DNA of 64,000 nt from the human T2T-CHM13v2.0 reference genome, Homo sapiens: assembly GCF_009914755.1 (NCBI RefSeq), contig NC_060944.1; one strand, written 5' to 3'. The notes beneath the pieces are model-generated. The model did no database searches and was not told where the DNA came from. It saw nothing but the letters and a program-made list of their open reading frames with translations. This document shows positions 28,401 to 43,400 of this stretch, piece after piece. Position 1 is the stretch's first letter. The number at the start of each line of letters is the position of its first letter. A program made the position numbers and the translations under genes.

Positions 28401-31400
28401 GTGATCTTTTCATTGAAGTCACAGAGTTGAACATTCCCTTTGAGAGAGCAGGTTTGAAACACGCCTTTTGTCATATCTGGAAGTGTCCATTCGGAGCGCA
28501 TTCAGGCTTGTGTTGAAGAAGGAAATATCCTCCCATAAAAACTAGACAGAAGCATTCTCAGAAACTTATTTGTGATGTATGTACTCAACTAACAGAACTA
28601 AACCATCGTTTTGAAGGAGCAGTTTTGAAACACCCTTTTTGCGGAATCTGCAACTGGATATTTGGCTAGCTTGGAGGATTTCGTTGGAAACGGGATTACA
28701 TACAAAAAGCAGACAGCAGCATTCTCAGAAACTTCTTTGTGATGTTTGCATTCAAGTCGCAGAGTTGAACATTCCCTTTCATAGAGCAGGTTTGAAAAAC
28801 TCTTTTTGTAGTATCTGGATGTGGACATTTGGTTCGCTTTCAGGCCTATGGTGAAAAAGGAAATATCTTCCCATGAAAACTAGACAGAAGCATTCTCAGA
28901 AACTTATTTGTGATGTGTGCCCTCAACTGACAGTGTTGAACCTTTGTTTTGATAGAGCAGTTCTGAAACACACTTTTTGTAAAATCTGCAAGAGGATATT
29001 TGGATAGCTTTGAGGATTTCGTTGGAAACGGGAATGTCTTCATGTAAACTCTAGACAGAAGCATTCTCAGAAACTGCTTTGGGATGTTTCAATTGAAGTC
29101 CCAGTGTTGAACATTCCCTTTCATAGAGCAGGTTTGAAACACTCTTTTTGTAGTATCTGGAAGTGGACATTTGGAGCGCTTTCAGGTCTACGGTGAAAAA
29201 GGAGATATCTTCCAATAAAAACTAGATAGAAGCAATGTCAGAACTTTTTTCATGATGTATCTACTCAGCAAACAGAGTTGAAGCTTTCTTTTGAGAGAGC
29301 AGTTTTGAAACACTCTTTTTGTGGAATATGCAAGTGGGTATTAGGCCAGCTTGGAGGATTTCGTTGGAAACGGGAATACGTATAAAAAGCAGACAGCAGC
29401 ATTGTCAGAAACTACATTGTGATGTTTGCATTCAAGTCACAGAATTGAACACTCCCTTTCACAGAGCAGGTTTGAAACACTCTTTTTGTAGTGTCTGTAA
29501 GTGAACATTTGGATTGCTTTCAGGCCTAAGGTGAAAAAGGAAATATCTTCCCATAAAAACTAGACAGAAGCATTCTCAGAAACTTGTTTGTGATGTGTGC
29601 CCTCTACTGACAGAGTTGAACCTTTCTTTGCAAAGAGCAGTTTTGAAACACTCTTTTTGTAGAATCTGCAAGAGGATATTTGGATAGCTTTGAGGATTTC
29701 TTGGGAAACGGGAATGTCTTCAGATAAACTCTAGACAGAAGCATTCTCAGAAACTTCTTTGGGATGTTTCAATTGAAGTCACAGTGTTGAACATTCCCTT
29801 TCACAGAGCAGGTTTGAAACACTCTTTTTGTAGTGTCTATAAGTGCACATTTGGCGTGCTTTCAGGCCTAACGTGAAAAAGGAAATATCTTCCCATAAAA
29901 ACTAGACAGAAGCATTCTCAGAAACTTGTTTGGGATGTGTGCCCTCTACTGACAGAGTTGAACCTTTCCTTGCAAAGAGCAGCTTTGAAACACTCTTTTT
30001 GTAGAATCTGCAAGAGGATATTTGGATAGCTTTGAGGATTTCGTTGGAAACGGGTATGTCTTCAGATAAACTCTAGACAGAAGCATTCTCAGAAACTTCT
30101 TTGGGATGTTGCATTCAAGTCACAGAGTAGAACATTCCCATTCATAGAGCAGATTTGAAACACTCTTTTTGAAGTATCTGGAAGTGGACATTTGGAGCGC
30201 TTTCAGGCCTATGTTGAAAAAGGAAATATCTTCCCATAAAAACTAGACGGAAGCATTCTCAGAAACTTACTTGTGATGTGTTTGCTCAACTAACAGAATT
30301 GAACCATCGTTTTGAAGGAGCAGTTTTGAAACACTGTTTTCGTGGAATCTGCAAGTGGATATTTGGCTAGCTTTGAGGATGTCGTTGGAAACGGGATTAC
30401 ATATAAAAAGGAGACAGCAGCATTCTCAGAAACTTCTTTGTGATGTCTGCATTCAAGTCACAGAGTTGAGCATTCCCTTTCATAGAGCAGGTTGGAAACA
30501 CTCTTTTTGTAGTATCTGGATGAGGACATTTGGAGCGCTTTCAGGCGTATGGTGAAAAAGGAAATATCTTCCCGTAAAAACTAGACAGAAGCATTCTCAG
30601 AAATTTATTTGTGATGTGTGCCCTCAACTAACAGAGTTGAACCTTTCTTTTGATAGAGCAGTTTTGAAACACTCTTTTTGTAAAATCTGCAAGAGGATAT
30701 TTGGATAGCTTTGAGGATTTCGTTGCAAACGGGAATGGCTTCATATAAACTCTAGACAGAAGCATTCTCAGAAACTTCGTTGGGATGTTTCGATTGAAGT
30801 CCCAGTGTTGAACATTCCCTTTTATAGCGCACGTTGGAAACACTCTTTTTGCATTCCCTGGAAGTGGACATTTGGAGCGCTTTCAGGACGACGGTGAAAA
30901 TGGAAATATCTTCCAATAAAATCTAGATAGAAGCAATCTCAGAAACTTTTATGTGATGGATCTACTCAGCTAACAGAGTTGAACCTTTCTTTTGAGAGAG
31001 CAGTTTTGCAACACTCTTTTTGTGGAATATGCAAGTGGATATTAGGGCAGCTTTGAGGATTTCGTTGGAAACGGGAATACATGTAAAAAGCAGACAGCAG
31101 CATTCTCAGAAACTTCTTTGTGATCTTTTCATTGAAGACACAGAGTTGAACATTCCCTTTGAGAGAGCAGGTTTGAAACACGCCTTTTGTCATATCTGGA
31201 AGTGTCCATTCGGAGCGCATTCAGGCTTGTGTTGAAGAAGGAAATATCCTCCCATAAAAACTAGACAGAAGCATTCTCAGAAACTTATTTGTGATGTATG
31301 TACTCAACTAACAGAACTAAACCATCGTTTTGAAGGAGCAGTTTTGAAACACCCTTTTTGCGGAATCTGCAACTGGATATTTGGCTAGCTTGGAGGATTT

Positions 31401-34400
31401 CGTTGGAAACGGGATTACATACAAAAAGCAGACAGCATCATTCTCAGAATCTTCTTTGTGATGTTTGCATTCAAGTCGCAGAGTTGAACATTCCCTTTCA
31501 TAGAGCAGGTTTGAAACACTCTTTTTGTAGTATCTGGATGTGGACATTTGGATCGCTTTCAGGCCTATGGTGAAAAAGGAAATATCTTCCCATGAAAACT
31601 AGACAGAAGCATTCTCAGAAACTTATTTGTGATGTGTGCCCTCAACTGACAGTGTTGAACCTTTGTTTTGATAAAGCAGTTCTGAAACACACTTTTTGTA
31701 AAATCTGCAAGAGGATATTTGGATAGCTTTGAGGATTTCGTTGGAAACGGGAATGTCTTCATGTAAACTCTAGACAGAAGCATTCTCAGAAACTGCTTTG
31801 GGATGTTTCAATTGAAGTCCCAGTGTTGAACATTCCGTTTCATAGAGCAGGTTTGAAACACTCTTTTTGTAGTATCTGGAAGTGGACATTTGGAGCGCTT
31901 TCAGGTCTACGGTGAAAAAGGAGATATCTTCCAATAAAAACTAGATAGAAGCAATGTCAGAACTTTTTTCATGATGTATCTACTCAGCAAACAGAGTTGA
32001 AGCTTTGTTTTGAGAGAGCAGTTTTGAAACACTCTTTTTGTGGAATATGCAAGTGGGTATTAGGCCAGCTTGGAGGATTTCGTTGGAAACGGGAATACGT
32101 ATAAAAAGCAGACAGCAGCATTGTCAGAAACTACTTTGTGATGTTTGCATTCAAGTCACAGAATTGAACACTCCCTTTCACAGAGCAGGTTTGAAACACT
32201 CTTTTTGTAGTGTCTGTAAGTGAACATTTGGATTGCTTTCAGGCTTAAGGTGAAAAAGGAAATATCTTCCCATAAAAACTAGACAGAAGCATTCTCAGAA
32301 ACTTGTTTGTGATGTGTGCCCTCTACTGACAGAGTTGAACCTTTCTTTGCAAAGAGCAGTTTTGAAACACTCTTTTTGTAGAATCTGCAAGAGGATATTT
32401 GGATAGCTTTGAGGATTTCTTGGGAAACGGGAATGTCTTCAGACAAACTCTAGACAGAAGCATTCTCAGAAACTTCTTTGGGATGTTTCAATTGAAGTCA
32501 CAGTGTTGAACATTCCCTTTCACAGAGCAGGTTTGAAACACTCTTTTTGTAGTGTCTATAAGTGAACATTTGGCGTGCTTTCAGGCCTAACGTGAAAAAG
32601 GAAATATCTTCCCATAAAAACTAGACAGAAGCATTCTCAGAAACTTGTTTGTGATGTGTGCCCTCTACTGACAGAGTTGAACCTTTCCTTGCAAAGAGCA
32701 GCTTTGAAACACTCTTTTTGTAGAATCTGCAAGAGGATATTTGGATAGCTTTGAGGATTTCGTTGGAAACGGGTATGTCTTCAGATAAACTCTAGACAGA
32801 AGCATTCTCAGAAACTTCTTTGGGATGTTGCATTCAAGTCACAGAGTAGAACATTCCCATTCATAGAGCAGATTTGAAACACTCTTTTTGAAGTATCTGG
32901 AAGTGGACATTTGGAGCGCTTTCAGGCCTATGTTGAAAAAGGAAATATCTTCCCATAAAAACTAGACGGAAGCATTCTCAGAAACTTACTTGTGATGTAT
33001 TTGCTCAACTAACAGAATTGAACCATCGTTTTGAAGGAGCAGTTTTGAAACACTGTTTTCGTGGAATCTGCAAGTGGATATTTGGCTAGCTTTGAGGATG
33101 TCGTTGGAAACGGGATTACATATAAAAAGGAGACAGCAGCATTCTCAGAAACTTCTTTGTGATGTCTGCATTCAAGTCACAGAGTTGAGCATTCCCTTTC
33201 ATAGAGCAGGTTGGAAACACTCTTTTTGTAGTATCTGGATGAGGACATTTGGAGCGCTTTCAGGCGTATGGTGAAAAAGGAAATATCTTCCCGTAAAAAC
33301 TAGACAGAAGCATTCTCAGAAATTTATTTGTGATGTGTGCCCTCAACTAACAGAGTTGAACCTTTCTTTTCATAGAGCAGTTTTGAAACACTCTTTTTGT
33401 AAAATCTGCAAGAGGATATTTGGATAGCTTTGAGGATTTCGTTGCAAACGGGAATGGCTTCATATAAACTCTAGACAGAAGCATTCTCAGAAACTTCGTT
33501 GGGATGTTTCGATTGAAGTCCCAGTGTTGAACATTCCCTTTTATAGCGCACGTTGGAAACACTCTTTTTGCATTCCCTGGAAGTGGACATTTGGAGCGCT
33601 TTCAGGACGACGGTGAAAATGGAAATATCTTCCAATAAAATCTAGATAGAAGCAATGTCAGAAACTTTTCTGTGATGGATCTACTCAGCTAACAGAGTTG
33701 AACCTTTCTTTTGAGAGAGCAGTTTTGCAACACTCTTTTTGTGGAATATGCAAGTGGATATTAGGGCAGCTTTGAGGATTTCGTTGGAAACGGGAATACA
33801 TGTAAAAAGCAGACAGCAGCATTCTCAGAAACTTCTTTGTGATGTTTTCATTGAAGTCACATAGTTGAACATTCCCTTTGAGAGAGCAGGTTTGAAACAC
33901 GCCTTTTGTCATATCTGGAAGTGTCCATTCGGAGCGCATTCAGGCTTGTGTTCAAAAAGGAAATATCCTCCCATAAAAACTAGACAGAAGCATTCTCAGA
34001 AACTTATTTGTGATGTATGTACTCAACTAACAGAACTAAACCATCGTTTTGAAGGAGCAGTTTTGAAACACCCTTTTTGTGGAATCTGCAACTGGATATT
34101 TGGCTAGCTTGGAGGATTTCGTTGGAAACGGGATTACATACAAAAAGCAGACAGCAGCATTCTCAGAAACTTCTTTGTGATGTTTGCATTCAAGTCGCAG
34201 AGTTGAACATTCCCTTTCATAGAGCAGGTTTGAAACACTCTTTTTGTAGTATCTGGATGTGGACATTTGGATCACTTTCAGGCCTATGGTGAAAAAGGAA
34301 ATATCTTCCCATGAAAACTAGACAGAAGCATTCTCAGAAACTTATTTGTGATGTGTGCCCTCAACTGACAGTGTTGAACCTTTGTTTTGATAGAGCAGTT

Positions 34401-37400
34401 CTGAAACACACTTTTTGTAAAATCTGCAAGAGGATATTTGGATAGCTTTGAGGATTTCGTTGGAAACGGGAATGTCTTCATGTAAACTCTACACAGAAGC
34501 ATTCTCAGAAACTGCTTTGGGATGTTTCAATTGAAGTCCCAGTGTTGAACATTCCCTTTCATAGAGCAGGTTTGAAACACTCTTTTTGTAGTATCTGGAA
34601 GTGGACATTTGGAGCGCTTTCAGGTCTACGGTGAAAAAGGAGATATCTTCCAATAAAAACTAGATAGAAGCAATGTCAGAACTTTTTTCATGATGTATCT
34701 ACTCAGCAAACAGAGTTGAAGCTTTGTTTTGAGAGAGCAGTTTTGAAACACTCTTTTTGTGGAATATGCAAGTGGGTATTAGGCCAGCTTGGAGGATTTC
34801 GTTGGAAACGGGAATACGTATAAAAAGCAGACAGCAGCATTGTCAGAAACTACTTTGTGATGTTTGCATTCAAGTCACAGAATTGAACACTCCCTTTCAC
34901 AAAGCAGGTTTGAAACACTCTTTTTGTAGTGTCTGTAAGTGAACATTTGGATTGCTTTCAGGCCTAAGGTGAAAAAGGAAATATCTTCCCATAAAAACTA
35001 GACAGAAGCATTCTCAGAAACTTGTTTGTGATGTGTGCCCTCTACTGACAGAGTTGAACCTTTCTTTGCAAAGAGCAGTTTTGAAACACTCTTTTTGTAG
35101 AATCTGCAAGAGGATATTTGGATAGCTTTGAGGATTTCTTGGGAAACGGGAATGTCTTCAGATAAACTCTAGACAGAAGCATTCTCAGAAACTTCTTTGG
35201 GATGTTTCAATTGAAGTCACAGTGTTGAACATTCCCTTTCACAGAGCAGGTTTGAAACACTCTTTTTGTAGTGTCTATAAGTGAACATTTGGCGTGCTTT
35301 CAGGCCTAACGTGAAAAAGGAAATATCTTCCCATAAAAACTAGACAGAAGCATTCTCAGAAACTTGTTTGTGATGTGTGCCCTCTACTGACAGAGTTGAA
35401 CCTTTCCTTGCAAAGAGCAGCTTTGAAACACTCTTTTTGTAGAATCTGCAAGAGGATATTTGGATAGCTTGGAGGATTTCGTTGGAAACCGGTATGTCTT
35501 CAGATAAACTCTAGACAGAAGCATTCTCAGAAACTTCTTTGGGATGTTGCATTCAAGTCACAGAGTAGAACATTCCCATTCATAGAGCAGATTTGAAACA
35601 CTCTTTTTGAAGTATCTGGAAGTGGACATTTGGAGCGCTTTCAGGCCTATGTGGAAAAAGGAAATATCTTCCCATAAAAACTAGACGGAAGCATTCTCAG
35701 AAACTTACTTGTGATGTGTTTGCTCAACTAACAGAATTGAACCATCGTTTTGAAGGAGCAGTTTTGAAACACTGTTTTCGTGGAATCTGCAAGTGGATAT
35801 TTGGCTAGCTTTGAGGATGTCGTTGGAAACGGGATTACATATAAAAAGGAGACAGCAGCATTCTCAGAAACTTCTTTGTGATGTCTGCATTCAAGTCACA
35901 GAGTTGAGCATTCCCTTTCATAGAGCAGGTTGGAAACACTCTTTTTGTAGTATCTGGATGAGGACATTTGGAGCGCTTTCAGGCGTATGGTGAAAAAGGA
36001 AATATCTTCCCGTAAAAACTAGACAGAAGCATTCTCAGAAATTTATTTGTGATGTGTGCCCTCAACTAACAGAGTTGAACCTTTCTTTTGATAGAGCAGT
36101 TTTGAAACACTCTTTTCTAAAATCTGCAAGAGGATATTTGGATAGCTTTGAGGATTTCGTTGCAAACGGGAATGGCTTCATATAAACTCTAGACAGAAGC
36201 ATTCTCAGAAACTTCGTTGGGATGTTTCGATTGAAGTCCCAGTGTTGAACATTCCCTTTTATAGCGCACGTTGGAAACACTCTTTTTGCATTCCCTGGAA
36301 GTGGACATTTGGAGCGCTTTCAGGACGACGGTGAAAATGGAAACATCTTCCAATAAAATCTAGATAGAAGCAATGTCAGAAACTTTTATGTGATGGATCT
36401 ACTCAGCTAACAGAGTTGAACCTTTCTTTTGAGAGAGCAGTTTTGCAACACTCTTTTTGTGGAATATGCAAGTGGATATTAGGGCAGCTTTGAGGATTTC
36501 GTTGGAAACGGGAATACATGTAAAAAGCAGACAGCAGCATTCTCAGAAACTTCTTTGTGATGTTTGCATTGAAGTCACAGAGTTGAACATTCCCTTTGAG
36601 AGAGCAGGTTTGAAACACGCCTTTTGTCATATCTGGAAGTGTCCATTCGGATCGCATTCAGGCTTGTGTTGAAAAAGGAAATATCCTCCCATAAAAACTA
36701 GACAGAAGCATTCTCAGAAACTTATTTGTGATGTATGTACTCAACTGACAGAACTAAAACATCGTTTTGAAGGAGCAGTTTTGAAATACTTTTTGCGGAA
36801 TCTGCAACTGGATATTTGGCTAGCTTGGAGGATTTCGTTGGAAACGGGATTACATACAAAAAGCAGACAGCAGCATTCTCAGAAACTTCTTTGTGATGTT
36901 TGCATTCAAGTCACAGAGTTGAACATTCCCTTTCATAGAGCAGGTTTGAAACACTCTTTTTGTAGTATCTGGATGTGGACATTTGGATCGCTTTCAGGCC
37001 TATGGTGAAAAAGGAAATATCTTCCCATGAAAACTAGACAGAAGCATTCTCAGAAACTTATTTGTGATGTGTGCCCTCAACTGACAGTGTTGAACCTTTG
37101 TTTTGATAGAGCAGTTCTGAAACACACTTTTTGTAAAATCTGCAAGAGGATATTTGGATAGCTTTGAGGATTTCGTTGGAAACGGGAATGTCTTCATGTA
37201 AACTATAGACAGAAGCATTCTCAGAAACTGCTTTGGGATGTTTCAATTGAAGTCCCAGTGTTGAACATTCCCTTTCATAGAGCAGGTTTGAAACACTCTT
37301 TTTGTAGTATCTGGAAGTGGACATTTGGAGCGCTTTCAGGTCTACGGTGAAAAAGGAGATATCTTCCAATAAAAACTAGATAGAAGCAATGTCAGAACTT

Positions 37401-40400
37401 TTTTCATGATGTATCTACTCAGCAAACAGAGTTGAAGCTTTGTTTTGAGAGAGCAGTTTTGAAACACTCTTTTTGTGGAATATGCAAGTGGGTATTAGGC
37501 CAGCTTGGAGGATTTCGTTGGAAACGGGAATACGTATAAAAAGCAGACAGCAGCATTGTCAGAAACTACTTTGTGATGTTTGCATTCAAGTCACAGAATT
37601 GAACACTCCCTTTCACAGAGCAGGTTTGAAACACTCTTTTTGTAGTGTCTGTAAGTGAACATTTGGATTGCTTTCAGGCCTAAGGTGAAAAAGGAAATAT
37701 CTTCCCATAAAAACTAGACAGAAGCATTCTCAGAAACTTGTTTGTGATGTGTGCCCTCTACTGACAGAGTTGAACCTTTCTTTGCAAAGAGCAGTTTTGA
37801 AACACTCTTTTTGTAGAATCTGCAAGAGGATATTTGGATAGCTTTGAGGATTTCTTGGGAAACGGGAATGTCTTCAGATAAACTCTAGACAGAAGCATTC
37901 TCAGAAACTTCTTTGGGATGTTTCAATTGAAGTCACAGTGTTGAACATTCCCTTTCACAGAGCAGGTTTGAAACACTCTTTTTGTAGTGTCTATAAGTGA
38001 ACATTTGGCGTGCTTTCAGGCCTAACGTGAAAAAGGAAATATCTTCCCATAAAAACTAGACAGAAGCATTCTCAGAAACTTGTTTGGGATGTGTGCCCTC
38101 TACTGACAGAGTTGAACCTTTCCTTGCAAAGAGCAGCTTTGAAACACTCTTTTTGTAGAATCTGCAAGAGGATATTTGGATAGCTTTGAGGATTTCGTTG
38201 GAAACGGGTATGTCTTCAGATAAACTCTAGACAGAAGCATTCTCAGAAACTTCTTTGGGATGTTGCATTCAAGTCACAGAGTAGAACATTCCCATTCATA
38301 GAGCAGATTTGAAACACTCTTTTTGAAGTATCTGGAAGTGGACATTTGGAGCGCTTTCAGGCCTATGTTGAAAAAGGAAATATCTTCCCATAAAAACTAG
38401 ACGGAAGCATTCTCAGAAACTTACTTGTGATGTGTTTGCTCAACTAACAGAATTGAACCATCGTTTTGAAGGAGCAGTTTTGAAACACTGTTTTCGTGGA
38501 ATCTGCAAGTGGATATTTGGCTAGCTTTGAGGATGTCGTTGGAAACGGGATTACATATAAAAAGGAGACAGCAGCATTCTCAGAAACTTCTTTGTGATGT
38601 CTGCATTCAAGTCACAGAGTTGAGCATTCCCTTTCATAGAGCAGGTTGGAAACACTCTTTTTGTAGTATCTGGATGAGGACATTTGGAGCGCTTTCAGGC
38701 GTATGGTGAAAAAGGAAATATCTTCCCGTAAAAACTAGACAGAAGCATTCTCAGAAATTTATTTGTGATGTGTGCCCTCAACTAACAGAGTTGAACCTTT
38801 CTTTTCATAGAGCAGTTTTGAAACACTCTTTTTGTAAAATCTGCAAGAGGATATTTGGATAGCTTTGAGGATTTCGTTGCAAACGGGAATGGCTTCATAT
38901 AAACTCTAGACAGAAGCATTCTCAGAAACTTCGTTGGGATGTTTCGATTGAAGTCCCAGTGTTGAACATTCCCTTTTATAGCGCAGGTTGGAAACACTCT
39001 TTTTGCATTCCCTGGAAGTGGACATTTGGAGCGCTTTCAGGACGACGGTGAAAATGGAAATATCTTCCAATAAAATCTAGATAGAAGCAATGTCAGAAAC
39101 TTTTCTGTGATGGATCTACTCAGCTAACAGAGTTGAACCTTTCTTTTGAGAGAGCAGTTTTGCAACACTCTTTTTGTGGAATATGCAAGTGGATATTAGG
39201 GCAGCTTTGAGGATTTCGTTGGAAACGGGAATACATGTAAAAAGCAGACAGCAGCATTCTCAGAAACTTCTTTGTGATGTTTTCATTGAAGTCACATAGT
39301 TGAACATTCCCTTTGAGAGAGCAGGTTTGAAACACGCCTTTTGTCATATCTGGAAGTGTCCATTCGGAGCGCATTCAGGCTTGTATTGAAAAAGGAAATA
39401 TCCTCCCATAAAAACTAGACAGAAGCATTCTCAGAAACTTATTTGTGATGTATGTACTCAACTAACAGAACTAAACCATCGTTTTGAAGGAGCAGTTTTG
39501 AAACACCCTTTTTGCGGAATCTGCAACTGGATATTTGGCTAGCTTGGAGGATTTCGTTGGAAACGGGATTACATACAAAAAGCAGACAGCAGCATTCTCA
39601 GAAACTTCTTTGTGATGTTTGCATTCAAGTCGCAGAGTTGAACATTCCCTTTCATAGAGCAGGTTTGAAACACTCTTTTTGTAGTATCTGGATGTGGACA
39701 TTTGGATCACTTTCAGGCCTATGGTGAAAAAGGAAATATCTTCCCATGAAAACTAGACAGAAGCATTCTCAGAAACTTATTTGTGATGTGTGCCCTCAAC
39801 TGACAGTGTTGAACCTTTGTTTTGATAGAGCAGTTCTGAAACACACTTTTTGTAAAATCTGCAAGAGGATATTTGGATAGCTTTGAGGATTTCGTTGGAA
39901 ACGGGAATGTCTTCATGTAAACTCTACACAGAAGCATTCTCAGAAACTGCTTTGGGATGTTTCAATTGAAGTCCCAGTGTTGAACATTCCCTTTCATAGA
40001 GCAGGTTTGAAACACTCTTTTTGTAGTATCTGGAAGTGGACATTTGGAGCGCTTTCAGGTCTACGGTGAAAAAGGAGATATCTTCCAATAAAAACTAGAT
40101 AGAAGCAATGTCAGAACTTTTTTCATGATGTATCTACTCAGCAAACAGAGTTGAAGCTTTATTTTGAGAGAGCAGTTTTGAAACACTCTTTTTGTGGAAT
40201 ATGCAAGTGGGTATTAGGCCAGCTTGGAGGATTTCGTTGGAAACGGGAATACGTATAAAAAGCAGACAGCAGCATTGTCAGAAACTACTTTGTGATGTTT
40301 GCATTCAAGTCACAGAATTGAACACTCCCTTTCACAGAGCAGGTTTGAAACACTCTTTTTGTAGTGTCTGTAAGTGAACATTTGGATTGCTTTCAGGCCT

Positions 40401-43400
40401 AAGGTGAAAAAGGAAATATCTTCCCATAAAAACTAGACAGAAGCATTCTCAGAAACTTGTTTGTGATGTGTGCCCTCTACTGACAGAGTTGAACCTTTCT
40501 TTGCAAAGAGCAGTTTTGAAACACTCTTTTTGTAGAATCTGCAAGAGGATATTTGGATAGCTTTGAGGATTTCTTGGGAAACGGGAATGTCTTCAGATAA
40601 ACTCTAGACAGAAGCATTCTCAGAAACTTCTTTGGGATGTTTCAATTGAAGTCACAGTGTTGAACATTCCCTTTCACAGAGCAGGTTTGAAACACTCTTT
40701 TTGTAGTGTCTATAAGTGAACATTTGGCGTGCTTTCAGGCCTAACGTGAAAAAGGAAATATCTTCAAATAAAAACTAGACAGAAGCATTCTCAGAAACTT
40801 GTTTGTGATGTGTGCCCTCTACTGACAGAGTTGAACCTTTCCTTGCAAAGAGCAGCTTTGAAACACTCTTTTTGTAGAATCTGCAAGAGGATATTTGGAT
40901 AGCTTTGAGGATTTCGTTGGAAACCGGTATGTCTTCAGATAAACTCTAGACAGAAGCATTCTCAGAAACTTCTTTGGGATGTTGCATTCAAGTCACAGAG
41001 TAGAACATTCCCATTCATAGAGCAGATTTGAAACACTCTTTTTGAAGTATCTGGAAGTGGACATTTGGAGCGCTTTCAGGCCTATGTGGAAAAAGGAAAT
41101 ATCTTCCCATAAAAACTAGACGGAAGCATTCTCAGAAACTTACTTGTGATGTGTTTGCTCAACTAACAGAATTGAACCACCGTTTTGAAGGAGCAGTTTT
41201 GAAACACTGTTTTCGTGGAATCTGCAAGTGGATATTTGGCTAGCTTTGAGGATGTCGTTGGAAACGGGATTACATATAAAAAGGAGACAGCAGCATTCTC
41301 AGAAACTTCTTTGTGATGTCTGCATTCAAGTCACAGAGTTGAGCATTCCCTTTCATAGAGCAGGTTGGAAACACTCTTTTTGTAGTATCTGGATGAGGAC
41401 ATTTGGAGCGCTTTCAGGCGTATGGTGAAAAAGGAAATATCTTCCCGTAAAAACTAGACAGAAGCATTCTCAGAAATTTATTTGTGATGTGTGCCCTCAA
41501 CTAACAGAGTTGAACCTTTCTTTTGATAGAGCAGTTTTGAAACACTCTTTTATAAAATCTGCAAGAGGATATTTGGATAGCTTTGAGGATTTCGTTGCAA
41601 ACGGGAATGGCTTCATATAAACTCTAGACAGAAGCATTCTCAGAAACTTCGTTGGGATGTTTCGATTGAAGTCCCAGTGTTGAACATTCCCTTTTATAGC
41701 GCACGTTGGAAACACTCTTTTTGCATTCCCTGGAAGTGGACATTTGGAGCGCTTTCAGGACGACGGTGAAAATGGAAACATCTTCCAATAAAATCTAGAT
41801 AGAAGCAATGTCAGAAACTTTTATGTGATGGATCTACTCAGCTAACAGAGTTGAACCTTTCTTTTGAGAGAGCAGTTTTGCAACACTCTTTTTGTGGAAT
41901 ATGCAAGTGGATATTAGGGCAGCTTTGAGGATTTCGTTGGAAACGGGAATACATGTAAAAAGCAGACAGCAGCATTCTCAGAAACTTCTTTGTGATGTTT
42001 GCATTGAAGTCACAGAGTTGAACATTCCCTTTGAGAGAGCAGGTTTGAAACACGCCTTTTGTCATATCTGGAAGTGTCCATTCGGATCGCATTCAGGCTT
42101 GTGTTGAAAAAGGAAATATCCTCCCATAAAAACTAGACAGAAGCATTCTCAGAAACTTATTTGTGATGTATGTACTCAACTGACAGAACTAAAACATCGT
42201 TTTGAAGGAGCAGTTTTGAAACACTTTTTGCGGAATCTGCAACTGGATATTTGGCTAGCTTGGAGGATTTCGTTTGAAACGGGATTACATACAAAAAGCA
42301 GACAGCAGCATTCTCAGAAACTTCTTTGTGATGTTTGCATTCAAGTCACAGAGTTGAACATTCCCTTTCATAGAGCAGGTTTGAAACACTCTTTTTGTAG
42401 TATCTGGATGTGGACATTTGGATCGCTTTCAGGCCTATGGTGAAAAAGGAAATATCTTCCCATGAAAACTAGACAGAAGCATTCTCAGAAACTTATTTGT
42501 GATGTGTGCCCTCAACTGACAGTGTTGAACCTTTGTTTTGATAGAGCAGTTCTGAAACACACTTTTTGTAAAATCTGCAAGAGGATATTTGGATAGCTTT
42601 GAGGATTTCGTTGCAAACGGGAATGTCTTCATGTAAACTCTAGACAGAAGCATTCTCAGAAACTGCTTTGGGATGTTTCAATTGAAGTCCCAGTGTTGAA
42701 CATTCCCTTTCATAGAGCAGGTTTGAAACACTCTTTTTGTAGTATCTGGAAGTGGACATTTGGAGCGCTTTCAGGTCTACGGTGAAAAAGGAGATATCTT
42801 CCAATAAAAACTAGATAGAAGCAATGTCAGAACTTTTGTCATGATGTATCTACTCAGCAAACAGAGTTGAACCTTTCTTTTGAGAGAGCAGTTTTGAAAC
42901 ACTCTTTTTGTGGAATATGCAAGTGGGTATTAGGCCAGCTTGGAGGATTTCGTTGGAAACGGGAATACGTATAAAAAGCAGACAGCAGCATTGTCAGAAA
43001 CTACTTTGTGATGTTTGCATTCAAGTCACAGAATTGAACACTCCCTTTCACAGAGCAGGTTTGAAACACTCTTTTTGTAGTGTCTGTAAGTGAACATTTG
43101 GATTGCTTTCAGGCCTAAGGTGAAAAAGGAAATATCTTCCCATAAAAACTAGACAGAAGCATTCTCAGAAACTTGTTTGTGATGTGTGCCCTCTACTGAC
43201 AGAGTTGAACCTTTCTTTGCAAAGAGCAGTTTTGAAACACTCTTTTTGTAGAATCTGCAAGAGGATATTTGGATAGCTTTGAGGATTTCTTGGGAAACGG
43301 GAATGTCTTCAGATAAACTCTAGACAGAAGCATTCTCAGAAACTTCTTTGGGATGTTTCAATTGAAGTCACAGTGTTGAACATTCCCTTTCACAGAGCAG

